DNA of 64,000 bases from assembly GCA_023898385.1 (NCBI GenBank), contig CP060220.1:10370-74369 (forward strand). The letters run 5' to 3'. Source of the DNA: Pseudobdellovibrionaceae bacterium. Its GTDB lineage: Bacteria > Bdellovibrionota > Bdellovibrionia > Bdellovibrionales > UBA1609. Positions within the stretch are counted from its first letter, which is position 1; each line of letters starts with the position of its first letter. Made by a program: the position numbers and the translations under genes. Shown here piece after piece: positions 18,481 through 28,340 of this stretch. Below the pieces are notes generated by a model, which ran no database searches, was not told where the DNA came from, and worked only from the letters and a program-made list of their open reading frames with translations.

Positions 18481-21400
18481 GAATCAAAAAGCTGGAACTT
18501 TTTGGTTTTAAGTCGTTTAAGGACCGCACCGTGGTTCATTTTGATGCTGGCATCACTGGTATCGTTGGACCAAACGGATGTGGAAAATCCAATATTGTGG
18601 ATGCTCTAGTTTGGGTGATGGGCGAAATGTCAGCCAAACACTTGCGGGGCTCATCCATGGAAGACGTTATCTTTGCGGGAGCCGAAGGCTATGCCCCCAT
18701 GGGTATGGCCGAAGTGTCGCTGACCCTTGAGAATGACGGTGGCCCGTTTCCGGCAAAATATGCCAGACATTCTGAAATCATGGTCACTCGGCGGCTGAAC
18801 CGCTCGGGCGAGTCAGAGTATCAGATTAATAAAGAACCCGCTCGCCTTCGTGATATTCAAGAAATTTTCATGGATACCGGCGCCGGCTCAAAGGGATTTT
18901 CCATTATTGAGCAAGGGGCTATCGGTAAGATCATTACGGCTAAGCCAGAAGAGCGGCGCGTGTTGATTGAAGAAGCTGCTGGAATCACCAAGTTTAAAGT
19001 GAGAAAGCGTGAATCACAGCGAAAGCTCACGTCAACAGATCAAAACCTAGTGCGTCTGCAAGATATTATTGGTGAGCAAAAGCGCCAGCTAGACAGTTTG
19101 CAAAGGCAAGCGCAGCGGGCGGAACGATATCGAAAAATTAAAGACGAGCTTAAAGAAAAAGAGCTTTGGGTCAGTTCAAAAAAATATCTTTCTCTTCACG
19201 CTGAAACGAGCGAGGCTCAAAGTATTTTTACGGAAGCCAAAGAGCAAGAAGCCAGCATGTCGGCTGAAATCAGCCAGATCGAATCAGAGCTTGAGCAATT
19301 AAAGCTTAACGTTTCTGAGCGTGAGTCTGAGGTTCAACAGGGGCAGTCAGAAAACCAAGTTGTTCAAGATAAAGTGAAAAATCTTGAAAGCGAAATCCGA
19401 GAGTTGCAGTTTGAAATTGAGCAAGCCCGTCGTAACAAAGAAATGACCGGCAACATCCTTGAGCAATATACAGTACGTCGTGAAGCTCTTGAAAAAGACC
19501 AAAAAGACTTGAGCGAAAGGCAGCAGGCCGCGGCCAGCAAAGCCGGGCAATTAGAACAAGAGTTTAGTGAGAAGCGTGAACGGTTTGCGGAGGTGCAATC
19601 ACGTATTCAATCTGCCGATGATGAGTTAACTGAAAAGCGTCGAGAGATGTTGGCCGTGAGTCAAAGTGAATCTCATATGGAGGCAAAGCTTTCAGGCCAA
19701 GAAGCTCAATTGGCAGATCTTTCAGAGCGGTATGAACAGTCTCGCGCCATTGAACTCGAGCTTACAGAAAAGAAAACAGAGTTTGAACAGCGGCGTAATA
19801 AAATTTTTGGTGAACTCGAAAAAGAGCGACAGCTGCAATTTGACATAGTCCGCGACGTAGAGAATCTCACCGCTAACGTGGAGTCCCTTGGATCACAAGT
19901 GACAACTAAGCAAGATGAAGTGGCGCGTTTTAAAGATGAGCTCAATGAAGTGGCGAGCCGTTTGTACGGTCTTGAAAACTTGCGAGACAACTTTGAAGGT
20001 TTTCAAGAGGGCGTTAAATCTGTGATGTTGTGGCAGCGACAAAAAATGGAAGCCGTGCAACTGCAAGGCGGACAACCGGTTGTGGAGTATCGGCCCGTCG
20101 CAGAGGTTGTGGAAGTTCCCGCTGAATATGAGTTGGCCATGGAAGCCGCCCTCGGAAATCGCCTACAAATGTTACTCAGCTCAGATGCTGACGCGGCAGT
20201 ATCTGGTGTGGACTATTTAAAAGAACAAAAAAATGGTCGGTCGAGCTTTTTTGCTGGGGCCGAAAGCAATGCGGTGTCATCCTCAGAGACACAACAAAGC
20301 GAGCTCAAGGGTGAATCCGGTGTTCAAGCCATGCTCTCTGATGTGGTGCGTGTGCCAGAGGGCCACGAACGACAGGTGGCGCAAATCATTAAAGATATCG
20401 TCATTGTTGACTCTATTCGTACGGCACTGGCGTTGCGTCCCAACTATTCGGGAAAAACATTTGTGACCGTTGATGGTGACACACTGTCTGAAGATGGCGT
20501 GCTAACGGGTGGGGCGTCAGAGAACGCTGACTCCGGAATGTTAAAACGGCGTCGTGAGATTAAAGAGCTTTCGCAAAAACGAGAAGAGGCGGCCGGAAAG
20601 TTATCCTTAGCCCAAGCGTCTTTGCAAAAACTGGAGAAGCAACATAAAGCTTTGGCCGAGCAGCTTGAGACAGCGAAAAAACAAAGCAGTGAAAAAGAAA
20701 TTCTTATTACAGGATTGAAAAAAGACTTCGAACGGGCTGAGAACGAATTAAATAATGCACAAACTGCATTGAATCGCCAGCAAGAAGAGGTCAGTCGACA
20801 TGACAGCCAGCTTCAGGTTTTAAATGAAAAGATTGTTGAGCTGCGCGAAACTCTGCTTGAAGTGAAAGAGAAAAAGCAGGGTCTTGAACGGTCTGTGGAG
20901 GCGCTGACTGAAGAGTTGCGGCAAATTCGTCAAGGCATAGACGAAAAGCAACAAGAAGTGACACGGCTTCAGGTCGAATCCGCTTCTCGTCGTCAAGAGG
21001 CCGAAGGGTTAAGGCACCAGTTGGAGATGGTGACGAAGTCTTTAAATGAGGTCGAGACGCAGTTGGGAGAGATGTCAGAAGAGTCTCAACGCAATACAGA
21101 ATCGCTGTCGTCAAATCAAATCATCATAGAACGTTCAAAAGTCGATCTTGAAAGCCTTATTCGCCAAGCCAAAGAGCAAGAGAAAAAACTAGCTCAGGCT
21201 AAAGATGCTTACGAGCAGGCAGTGGCTCACCTCCGGCGCCGAGAAGAGCAAGTGGGTTCTTCTTTGCGCGGAATCAACGAGTACCGAAGTCGCATGAGTG
21301 AAGCTGAGCTCAAGCTAGAGCAGCTGCGCATGAAAGAGCAGTATTTGTTGGATCAAATCAACGAACGATACATGTTGGACCTTCGCGAAGTGGCGCCTCA

Positions 21401-22091
21401 GTATAAAGATCAAGAGGGCGACATAGCGGCCACAGAAGCTGAGCTGAGTGACTTGCGTGGTAAGTTGAGCCGAATTGGAGAAGTGAATCTCTCAGCCATT
21501 GAAGAGTACGATGATCTTGTGCAGCGCTATGAGTTTCTCAGCCAGCAACATAAAGATCTCATGGAGGCCAAGGAGCAATTGCGTAAAGTCATTGATCGAA
21601 TCAATCGCATTTGTTCTCGGCGGTTCAAAGAGACCTTTGAACAGGTCAATGAGCGGTTTACAAAAGTCTTCCCCGTTCTGTTTGGCGGTGGAGAGGCTCG
21701 CCTGATCCTTGTGGAAGATGAGCTCAAAGGGGAGATGGGGATCGATATTGTTTCTCGGCCTCCTGGTAAAAAATTACAGAATGTGAGTCTTTTGTCCGGT
21801 GGTGAGAAAGCATTGACCGCTGTGTCCTTGATTTTCGCCATCTTCCTCGTTAAACCGTCGCCATACTGTCTACTGGACGAGGTGGACGCTCCGCTTGATG
21901 ATGCCAACGTGTTCCGCTTCAATGATTTGGTGAAAGAAATGTCAAAACGAAGCCAAATTATTGTTGTGACCCACAACAAACACACGATGAGAGTGAACAA
22001 CAAGCTCTTCGGTGTGACCATGCAAGAAAAGGGCGTATCCAAACTTGTCTCAGTCAGTCTAGCTGAAGCTGTAAAAGTAGCTGAAGCGTAA
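18477..22091 (+). CDS. smc: Chromosome segregation protein SMC
   Basis: TTG start overlapping the ppdK stop; GPNGCGKSN, coiled coils, hinge, LLSGGEKA, LLDEVDAPLD. Confidence 0.97.
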   Translation: MRIKKLELFGFKSFKDRTVVHFDAGITGIVGPNGCGKSNIVDALVWVMGEMSAKHLRGSSMEDVIFAGAEGYAPMGMAEVSLTLENDGGPFPAKYARHSEIMVTRRLNRSGESEYQINKEPARLRDIQEIFMDTGAGSKGFSIIEQGAIGKIITAKPEERRVLIEEAAGITKFKVRKRESQRKLTSTDQNLVRLQDIIGEQKRQLDSLQRQAQRAERYRKIKDELKEKELWVSSKKYLSLHAETSEAQSIFTEAKEQEASMSAEISQIESELEQLKLNVSERESEVQQGQSENQVVQDKVKNLESEIRELQFEIEQARRNKEMTGNILEQYTVRREALEKDQKDLSERQQAAASKAGQLEQEFSEKRERFAEVQSRIQSADDELTEKRREMLAVSQSESHMEAKLSGQEAQLADLSERYEQSRAIELELTEKKTEFEQRRNKIFGELEKERQLQFDIVRDVENLTANVESLGSQVTTKQDEVARFKDELNEVASRLYGLENLRDNFEGFQEGVKSVMLWQRQKMEAVQLQGGQPVVEYRPVAEVVEVPAEYELAMEAALGNRLQMLLSSDADAAVSGVDYLKEQKNGRSSFFAGAESNAVSSSETQQSELKGESGVQAMLSDVVRVPEGHERQVAQIIKDIVIVDSIRTALALRPNYSGKTFVTVDGDTLSEDGVLTGGASENADSGMLKRRREIKELSQKREEAAGKLSLAQASLQKLEKQHKALAEQLETAKKQSSEKEILITGLKKDFERAENELNNAQTALNRQQEEVSRHDSQLQVLNEKIVELRETLLEVKEKKQGLERSVEALTEELRQIRQGIDEKQQEVTRLQVESASRRQEAEGLRHQLEMVTKSLNEVETQLGEMSEESQRNTESLSSNQIIIERSKVDLESLIRQAKEQEKKLAQAKDAYEQAVAHLRRREEQVGSSLRGINEYRSRMSEAELKLEQLRMKEQYLLDQINERYMLDLREVAPQYKDQEGDIAATEAELSDLRGKLSRIGEVNLSAIEEYDDLVQRYEFLSQQHKDLMEAKEQLRKVIDRINRICSRRFKETFEQVNERFTKVFPVLFGGGEARLILVEDELKGEMGIDIVSRPPGKKLQNVSLLSGGEKALTAVSLIFAIFLVKPSPYCLLDEVDAPLDDANVFRFNDLVKEMSKRSQIIVVTHNKHTMRVNNKLFGVTMQEKGVSKLVSVSLAEAVKVAEA

Positions 22092-22361
22092 CAGGCGTTA
22101 AAATAAAAAAAACGTCTCTGTATCCGTAGGTGGGTGCTTGAAAAGTTAAAGGCGCTTTGCCCAATAGGTTTCGTTTTGTCTTTGGTAGATTCGGGTTGTT
22201 AACCTGTTTTTGTGAAGACGGAATGATTCAAGGGAAGGTAACTTTCTCATCAAAAGCTTCCTCAGTCGGTATGTGTAAAACCAAGTAGGGCCATCGTACT
22301 TAGTTCGAAGCGGTGTGGTGGTTCAAAGATATGGGCTTCGTAAAGAATTGTTGGAACAGTT

Positions 22362-23618
22362 ATGGATGAAAATACTCAAGTTGTCTTATTTGTTGTGATC
22401 TTTGTTTTTGGGATGCTAGCCACAGCTGTTTATTACTTTGCTCGATATTATTTTCGCACCCATGATAAGGACCAAGAGGTGGTGCCAAAGCTGCGAGAAG
22501 AAGCGCCGGCGCTGCAAAAAGATTTGGTTCGTGAAACCGCCACTTTAGAGTTGGTTAAAGAAGAAAAACACACCGCCGAAGACCGTGTTGAACCCAAAGC
22601 ACCCATCGCAGAATCTGCTCCCGTAAAGCCCCTAGAAAAACCGCGTGAAGAAAAACCGGCACCCGTAAAAGATCTGCGCTCCGCACTGGCAAATACTCGA
22701 TCAAGTATGTTCGGTCGATTTAAAGAAGCCCTACTCAATAAGCCCCGGTTGTCAGAGGATGATTTTGAGTACCTAGAAGAGGTTCTTTATACCAGTGATC
22801 TGGGGCCGCACACGGTGCAGAGATTGGTAGAAGCCATTGGAAATCGGCTTTCTGCTGAAGATCGCGCGGATCTTGAAAAAGTAAGGCTGGCGCTAAAAAA
22901 TGAAATGCTGACCATTTTCTCCGAATTAAATGAAGAGCATGCGGGTGATCCTGAATTTAAAGAAATGGACGCCGTCGATAAGTTCATCAAGCAATCAGCG
23001 GTTAAGCATAAACCGCTGGTTTGGATGGTGGTGGGAGTTAATGGGGCTGGAAAGACCACTTCAATAGGCAAACTGGCAAGCCGCGCTCAAAGCATTGGGC
23101 TAAAAACTTTGGTGGTGGCCGGAGACACTTTTAGAGCCGCCGCTGAAGACCAGTTAAAGATTTGGAGCGAGCGGGCCGGTGCAGATACATTTAGCCCTGA
23201 AGGAGTCAAAGACCCCAGCGCGGTGGTGTTTGATGGCTTAGCCATGGCAAAGTCCAAAGACTATGATTTTGTGATTATCGATACGGCGGGGCGGCTGCAC
23301 ACACAGACTAACTTGATGGAAGAACTAAAAAAAATGAAGCGGGTAATGGAAAAAGTCGCAGAGGGTACGCCGCATGAAGTGATGTTGGTTCTTGATGCTA
23401 ATTCAGGACAAAATGCGATGGTACAAGCCAAAACATTTAGCGAAGCCCTCGACGTCACCGGTGTGGTGCTCACAAAGCTTGACGGTACAGCTAAAGGCGG
23501 TGTGGCCGTGGGGTTAGCCTATGAGTTGGGATTGCCCATCCGACTTATTGGAGTGGGCGAGGGCGTAGAAGATCTTCGGCCCTTTCATCACCAAGAGTTT
23601 GTAGATTCGATTATCTAA
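22362..23618 (+). CDS. ftsY: SRP receptor FtsY with N-terminal TM anchor
   Basis: GVNGAGKTT, DTFRAAA, DTAGRLH, TKLDGTAKGG. Confidence 0.96.
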   Translation: MDENTQVVLFVVIFVFGMLATAVYYFARYYFRTHDKDQEVVPKLREEAPALQKDLVRETATLELVKEEKHTAEDRVEPKAPIAESAPVKPLEKPREEKPAPVKDLRSALANTRSSMFGRFKEALLNKPRLSEDDFEYLEEVLYTSDLGPHTVQRLVEAIGNRLSAEDRADLEKVRLALKNEMLTIFSELNEEHAGDPEFKEMDAVDKFIKQSAVKHKPLVWMVVGVNGAGKTTSIGKLASRAQSIGLKTLVVAGDTFRAAAEDQLKIWSERAGADTFSPEGVKDPSAVVFDGLAMAKSKDYDFVIIDTAGRLHTQTNLMEELKKMKRVMEKVAEGTPHEVMLVLDANSGQNAMVQAKTFSEALDVTGVVLTKLDGTAKGGVAVGLAYELGLPIRLIGVGEGVEDLRPFHHQEFVDSII

Positions 23619-23619
23619 A

Positions 23620-23801
23620 GGTACCCGGTTCAATTTTGATTTGCAGTGCGTTGACTTTGGTATTCTTAGCCCCGTTGAATTCACACGGCCAGTTCCACAT
23701 TATCGTTGCCTCACAAATAAAACACTCGTGACCTCATGTCCCTCCACCAACTCGAATAGGCACCCACGATAGATGATCGAGCTTAAATTTAACCGGGTGC
23801 C
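23620..23801. repeat. Inverted pair of short REP-like sequences (REPIN-like)
   Basis: ggtacccggttcaattt (23620-23636) matches the reverse complement of aaatttaaccgggtgcc (23785-23801) at 15/17 positions. Confidence 0.6.
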
Positions 23802-23815
23802 GTGAATAGACCGCG

Positions 23816-25747
23816 TCATGAGGCGGGGATTGGAATGTTTAGATACTCCCAAATCTCATCAATAAAGAAATCAGCTTTAATTCGTACACTGGACTCATCG
23901 TCACTTAGGTCAATACTTTGAATTTGCATTTCGTTGTGAAGGCTGCGACCGGTCAACTCTTGAAGCCCTGTGCCGTCTACATTTCTGATATACACTTGAT
24001 CGCTGACACCATCGACATTTCGCACAACAAATACAACTCGACCATCGCTTAAGACCACATATCTAAAAACTTCACCTCCATTTAGCACACCCGCACTGAG
24101 GTCAATCGCCCCACTGCCATCGGCTTTTGCAAAAAACAGCTGTTCGTTTTGATCAATTTCAACATCTGCAACGTATAGAAAACCCGTGCCGTCGTTCAGC
24201 CACATAAACTGCGATACTGATGTATAGGCAAAGTGATTCAAAGATGCCTTTAAAGAGCCTGGCGTGCCATAGTCGGTCACAAACACCTCTTGAGGGCCTG
24301 AACCATCCCGAGCCACATAGGCAATCTTACTCCCACCATCTCCAGAATATATAGAAGTCAAGTTAGGGCTGGCTAAATTCGACACCTGCGAAATCGACTC
24401 GAATACACCCACAGTAAACGTGTAAGCTTGGAGCCCCACTTTCAGAATCGGATAAGTCTCATGAAACTCTAAATACCCGTTGGCATCTAAGGACGTAGGA
24501 TTCAGCCGCACCAAACTATTGGCCACACCGACTTGAGCTGTATAAAGGTCTTCGCGATTAATAAGTTCAAAGTCTGATAAAAAAACGACTTGCGATGAAT
24601 CAGACGTAAAGGAAATATTCTCAATTGAATTTCCGTTGCCGCCACTCATACTCAGGTTCGTAAGGTTATTACCATCGAGGTCAATGGAAAATAGGTCGTA
24701 AAAAGAACTATCATCACAAAATATCAAGGTCTGGCTGTTGGGCGTGATCGCAAAATGCCTCTCGTATATTTGCGCAGTGGACGTCGCTAACTCTATGGAG
24801 CTGGCGCCTGTCCCTATGGCAGACGAGTAAATTTTGAAAGACCCAGAACTATAGTATTGGTAGACCACCTTTTGGCTGTTGGGTGAAATCTTGAATTCAG
24901 AAACACGGCTATTGTTGGACGGAGCCGGGCTCAGCAACACAGGGCCTGTACTTAGATCGGTTGGCTGACTGTAAAGCCGGTTCTCTGATGTGGCGTCGAT
25001 ATCAGCCTCGTAAACGACGTGGGTGCCATCTCCACTTAACTCAATCCTATTGAAAAACACTTCATCCTCATTGGCCAAATGCCCCTCAAGATCTGTAAGT
25101 TGTCCTGTTGCCGCGTCTAAGAGGTGCATATTGGAGTCGCTATATGAGGGCCCCAACTTCGCTATGACAAATGATCCATGGGAAATATGACTGAACACAT
25201 TGATGTAGTCCCAGCTGCCAACCACGGTAGCTTGTCCGGTGCTCTTGTTAACTGTCACCAACTCTTTAGGACCGCTTTGGTCAATATTCATAGCCAATAC
25301 AATATAGTCATCCAGTTCACCTTCCACAACGCCGCCGCCATACCATTCCGATGGTACCCCACTCCAAGAAGTTGCCGGGTCAGTGAAAACGGTAAGGCTA
25401 GCCACTACTCCGCGACTATCTGTGACGAGTATCTCCGAAGTGCCTAGGCGATCACCGGCGATAAACTCCAATGATGATTCATCCACACTCCCTGGTCCCG
25501 AAATCACCTGGAAGCTGTACGGCGGCACTCCTCCAACCACATCGAGGTTAAGTCGCTGGCCTGGATGCAGACTGTTTGTCACGGTTGTAAAGATAAGGGC
25601 ATCACTGCCGGCAACAACTCGCCCATGAAGTCGATTGTCTCCGAGCTGACAAGAAACAAGAGTAATTGTTTGCAGCACCAAAAAGACCAGCAAAAGTCCT
25701 CGGTAAGGCGAAATAAAAATGATTGGATCCTTGATCCGAGATGGCAT
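23816..25747 (-). CDS. Lipoprotein with Ig-like N-terminal segment and TolB-like beta-propeller repeats
   Basis: RBS GGAGG before ATG 25747; lipobox LVSC; repeats such as FKISPNSQKVVY, FAITPNSQTLIF, ISFTSDSSQVVF. Confidence 0.7.
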   Translation of the reverse strand: MPSRIKDPIIFISPYRGLLLVFLVLQTITLVSCQLGDNRLHGRVVAGSDALIFTTVTNSLHPGQRLNLDVVGGVPPYSFQVISGPGSVDESSLEFIAGDRLGTSEILVTDSRGVVASLTVFTDPATSWSGVPSEWYGGGVVEGELDDYIVLAMNIDQSGPKELVTVNKSTGQATVVGSWDYINVFSHISHGSFVIAKLGPSYSDSNMHLLDAATGQLTDLEGHLANEDEVFFNRIELSGDGTHVVYEADIDATSENRLYSQPTDLSTGPVLLSPAPSNNSRVSEFKISPNSQKVVYQYYSSGSFKIYSSAIGTGASSIELATSTAQIYERHFAITPNSQTLIFCDDSSFYDLFSIDLDGNNLTNLSMSGGNGNSIENISFTSDSSQVVFLSDFELINREDLYTAQVGVANSLVRLNPTSLDANGYLEFHETYPILKVGLQAYTFTVGVFESISQVSNLASPNLTSIYSGDGGSKIAYVARDGSGPQEVFVTDYGTPGSLKASLNHFAYTSVSQFMWLNDGTGFLYVADVEIDQNEQLFFAKADGSGAIDLSAGVLNGGEVFRYVVLSDGRVVFVVRNVDGVSDQVYIRNVDGTGLQELTGRSLHNEMQIQSIDLSDDESSVRIKADFFIDEIWEYLNIPIPAS

Positions 25748-25973
25748 GACTACCTCCATCAGCCAGTACAAGACTCGTATCGGCAGCCTAGTCAAAAGAC
25801 TTAAGCTAAAAAATGGAGTATATGCGGGCTTCGGCGAACGAATTGTCGGCGAACGAATTGCCTCAAAATGAGAGTTACTAGTTGTTTTAAGGGGTTACCG
25901 TCGGCAATTTGGTATTGTTTGTCTCAGTTACCTCAAGCATAGTTAGGCGGGTCGCTTTCACGACACCGCCTAG

Positions 25974-27050
25974 TTAGAGACAGACCGCTGCATCCATGCG
26001 CTTTTTTAGTGAGGGGTATTTGCGAACATTCTCTCCGTTCACGTCGTCGTCGAAGTCGCTACTCATCTGGTCGTACGTTTCCCGTGAGACTTTGTGCAGA
26101 GCCAGCAGCGCATCTTGCATCCATTCTTGGGGAAACCCTGCGCGTTTTAATAGACAGGCTCCAAAGTGATCGGCTTCCATTTCCTGGGCTGGCGCTTTTT
26201 CGCCAAATGCATCCAGTATGACGGGCATATTCCCGCTGCCAAGAACTCGCTGCAATCTTTGGGTTTGATCCCCGGTAAACATCCAGAGAAGTTCGTCCAT
26301 GATTAGCTGGCTCACATGGGCTCCTGTGCTGGTCGCCAAAGAGAAAATAGATTCCACAGAGTGGCCTTGATCGCCATGGCTGATTTCATGAGCCAATACC
26401 GCTAGCAGTTGTTCGTCAGGCAGCTCCTTAACCATTTTTTCTGTTACAAAAATATTGCACCCAATATTAAAGGCATTGTTAAAACCCAACTCGATCACCT
26501 GCACTTGATAGCAGTCGCGCATTTCAGGGTCGGCGGCGTGGGGGCGAAGTTGGCGCAGCAAAGCATCGAGCTGGGGTTGTTGGGGGTGTTGTTTTGCATT
26601 TTTGATGGCGTTAATAACCAAAACAGCAAATTCAGAAGCATCTTTGTACTCGTTGGGGAGATGAGCGGTGGCTTGTTCCACTGTGTTAAGGCTTCTCCAT
26701 AGTGTCAGTATAAACTTTTCGTAAGACCTTTTTATCGGCGTGGGAACTCGCTCTAAATCGCTAAATGTTTCAGGGTATCGATTGGACCAGTATTTGTAGC
26801 TGTAGGATGAGGTTTCTTTAACAAAAGAAGATACCGAACGGATGGTAGCCAAAAATTGATTGCCTATGTCCTTGCCCCATCGATCGTAGTAGTCTTCGTA
26901 CATTTTTTGAGCGGCCGGTTGAATCGTATCACGCAGATAATCGTCAAAGCTCAGTGCCGTTTCTTGCCAGAAACTGAGTTTTGCCTCGGCTTTTTTTGTG
27001 TATGTTTGAAATGAAACTAACAAAATTATCAATGCAATTAAACGCCCCAC
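25974..27050 (-). CDS. Exported M48-family zinc metallopeptidase
   Basis: Signal peptide; NAFNIG, LAVLAHEISH (HExxH), EMEAD. Confidence 0.85.
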   Translation of the reverse strand: MGRLIALIILLVSFQTYTKKAEAKLSFWQETALSFDDYLRDTIQPAAQKMYEDYYDRWGKDIGNQFLATIRSVSSFVKETSSYSYKYWSNRYPETFSDLERVPTPIKRSYEKFILTLWRSLNTVEQATAHLPNEYKDASEFAVLVINAIKNAKQHPQQPQLDALLRQLRPHAADPEMRDCYQVQVIELGFNNAFNIGCNIFVTEKMVKELPDEQLLAVLAHEISHGDQGHSVESIFSLATSTGAHVSQLIMDELLWMFTGDQTQRLQRVLGSGNMPVILDAFGEKAPAQEMEADHFGACLLKRAGFPQEWMQDALLALHKVSRETYDQMSSDFDDDVNGENVRKYPSLKKRMDAAVCL

Positions 27051-27208
27051 CCCTGGCCCCCCTTGCCTTTTTCAAACATAGCAATTGGGTTTGGTTAGCA
27101 ATAGGGCGTTGGTGGGATGGGAGGGATTTTCCAAAATCTGCATGGTTTGTTGCGTGAAAAACAAACAGACACGGGTGAAAATTACTGAAGGCTGACAGCT
27201 CCAGGGAA

Positions 27209-27428
27209 TTCCCGTTTGCAACTCATGGCGTTAGTTGAGTCCGAGAGCGACGAAGTGGAGGGCGGCGGGCCATCGTCGTCATCCCGATGTGCATGGCGTA
27301 TCCGGGTTGCAGCACGCAGTGATGCAATCCGAAGACGACATGCGGCCACTCGGGCCTGCGACGATGGCCCGCCGCCCTCCACTTCGTCGCTCTCGGACTC
27401 AACTAACGCCATGAGTTGCAAGCGGGAA
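27209..27428 (+). repeat. Long hairpin element, copy 1 (70-bp arms, conserved structured core)
   Basis: Arms 27209-27278 and 27359-27428 are complementary with one G-U pair; core 27283-27354 is shared with 41804-41876. Confidence 0.9.
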
Positions 27429-27500
27429 CTTGGTTAGGGCTTGGGTCCTTGTTTGTTGGGTCAAGGGGGCGCGCCTTGCCAGATGTTGGGCTGGCATTAG

Positions 27501-27561
27501 ATATTATTATCGTAAAATACGATAATAATATATTGCATCGCACCGGGAAATTTAGTATGAT
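27501..27561 (+). promoter_or_regulatory. Sigma70 promoter with perfect palindromic operator
   Basis: atattattatcgta-aaa-tacgataataatat (27501-27531), then TTGCAT (27533) -N17- TATGAT (27556). Confidence 0.75.
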
Positions 27562-27579
27562 GAAGTTTTGGAGGTGTTG

Positions 27580-28338
27580 ATGCTGTTGGACTATTTGGTG
27601 AAATCAGAGACCCGCAAACGATTGTTGGGACTTTTTCTTAATGAAGGTCTTGAAGGATCGGTGCATAGTCTATCAAAAATCGCCAGTGCTTCCTATGCCG
27701 TCACCTATGATGAGCTTATGTCCATGAAGGCGGCCGAGCTTGTAAAGGAGGTTCAAAGGGGGCGGGCGAAGATCTTTTCATTGAATGAAGATTATTGCGA
27801 GCTCGATTTGCTTAAAAAACTCTTTGATGCTGAAAAGGCAACAAAGGTGTCGCGAGATTGGGATAAAGAATCTGTCAAAGCTAGCCTAGTGTTTTATGGC
27901 GCTCCACTTCAGGAAAAGGGCAAAAGTGTAGCGGAACTTTCTCTTGAAGAAACATTAGTGTTGGGTGTTCTTTACTCAAAACAGGAGTCCTATCTATTGC
28001 GAACACTTCCTTTGGTTTTGTGGCGGCATCGTAAAGAAGTGAGTTTTGATAGGCTTATGCATTTTGCCTTAAAGTATGACATAAAAAGGGAAGTGGGGTT
28101 TGTGCTGGATTTAACGGGAAAGTTGTCTAAGTATCGTAAGTTTTCAAAAGAAGCAGGAAAATTTGTAGACGGTAGACATAGGAAGTCGGAAAGCTTTTTT
28201 CAGAAAGCAAGAATAACTGGCGCGCAGACGACTTTGGAAGAGCTTAATACCCCCAGGCTTGCCAGAAAGTGGTTGTTTACTATGAATGTGGGGATGGATA
28301 GCTTTGAATCATTTTTTGAAAAATTTAAGGCGGTATAG
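27580..28338 (+). CDS. Winged-HTH protein, putative type IV (AbiEi-like) antitoxin/regulator
   Basis: GGAGGTG RBS; N-terminal ArsR-like wHTH; coupled to a nucleotidyltransferase gene. Confidence 0.6.
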   Translation: MLLDYLVKSETRKRLLGLFLNEGLEGSVHSLSKIASASYAVTYDELMSMKAAELVKEVQRGRAKIFSLNEDYCELDLLKKLFDAEKATKVSRDWDKESVKASLVFYGAPLQEKGKSVAELSLEETLVLGVLYSKQESYLLRTLPLVLWRHRKEVSFDRLMHFALKYDIKREVGFVLDLTGKLSKYRKFSKEAGKFVDGRHRKSESFFQKARITGAQTTLEELNTPRLARKWLFTMNVGMDSFESFFEKFKAV

Positions 28339-28340
28339 CG

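Noticed and set aside
27209-27428. Retron msr-msd or a known self-cleaving ribozyme
   Set aside because: No reverse transcriptase in the window; no hammerhead, twister, pistol or HDV core recognised by eye.
27182-27437. ORFs on both strands with near-identical peptides
   Set aside because: Artefact of the 70-bp inverted repeat.
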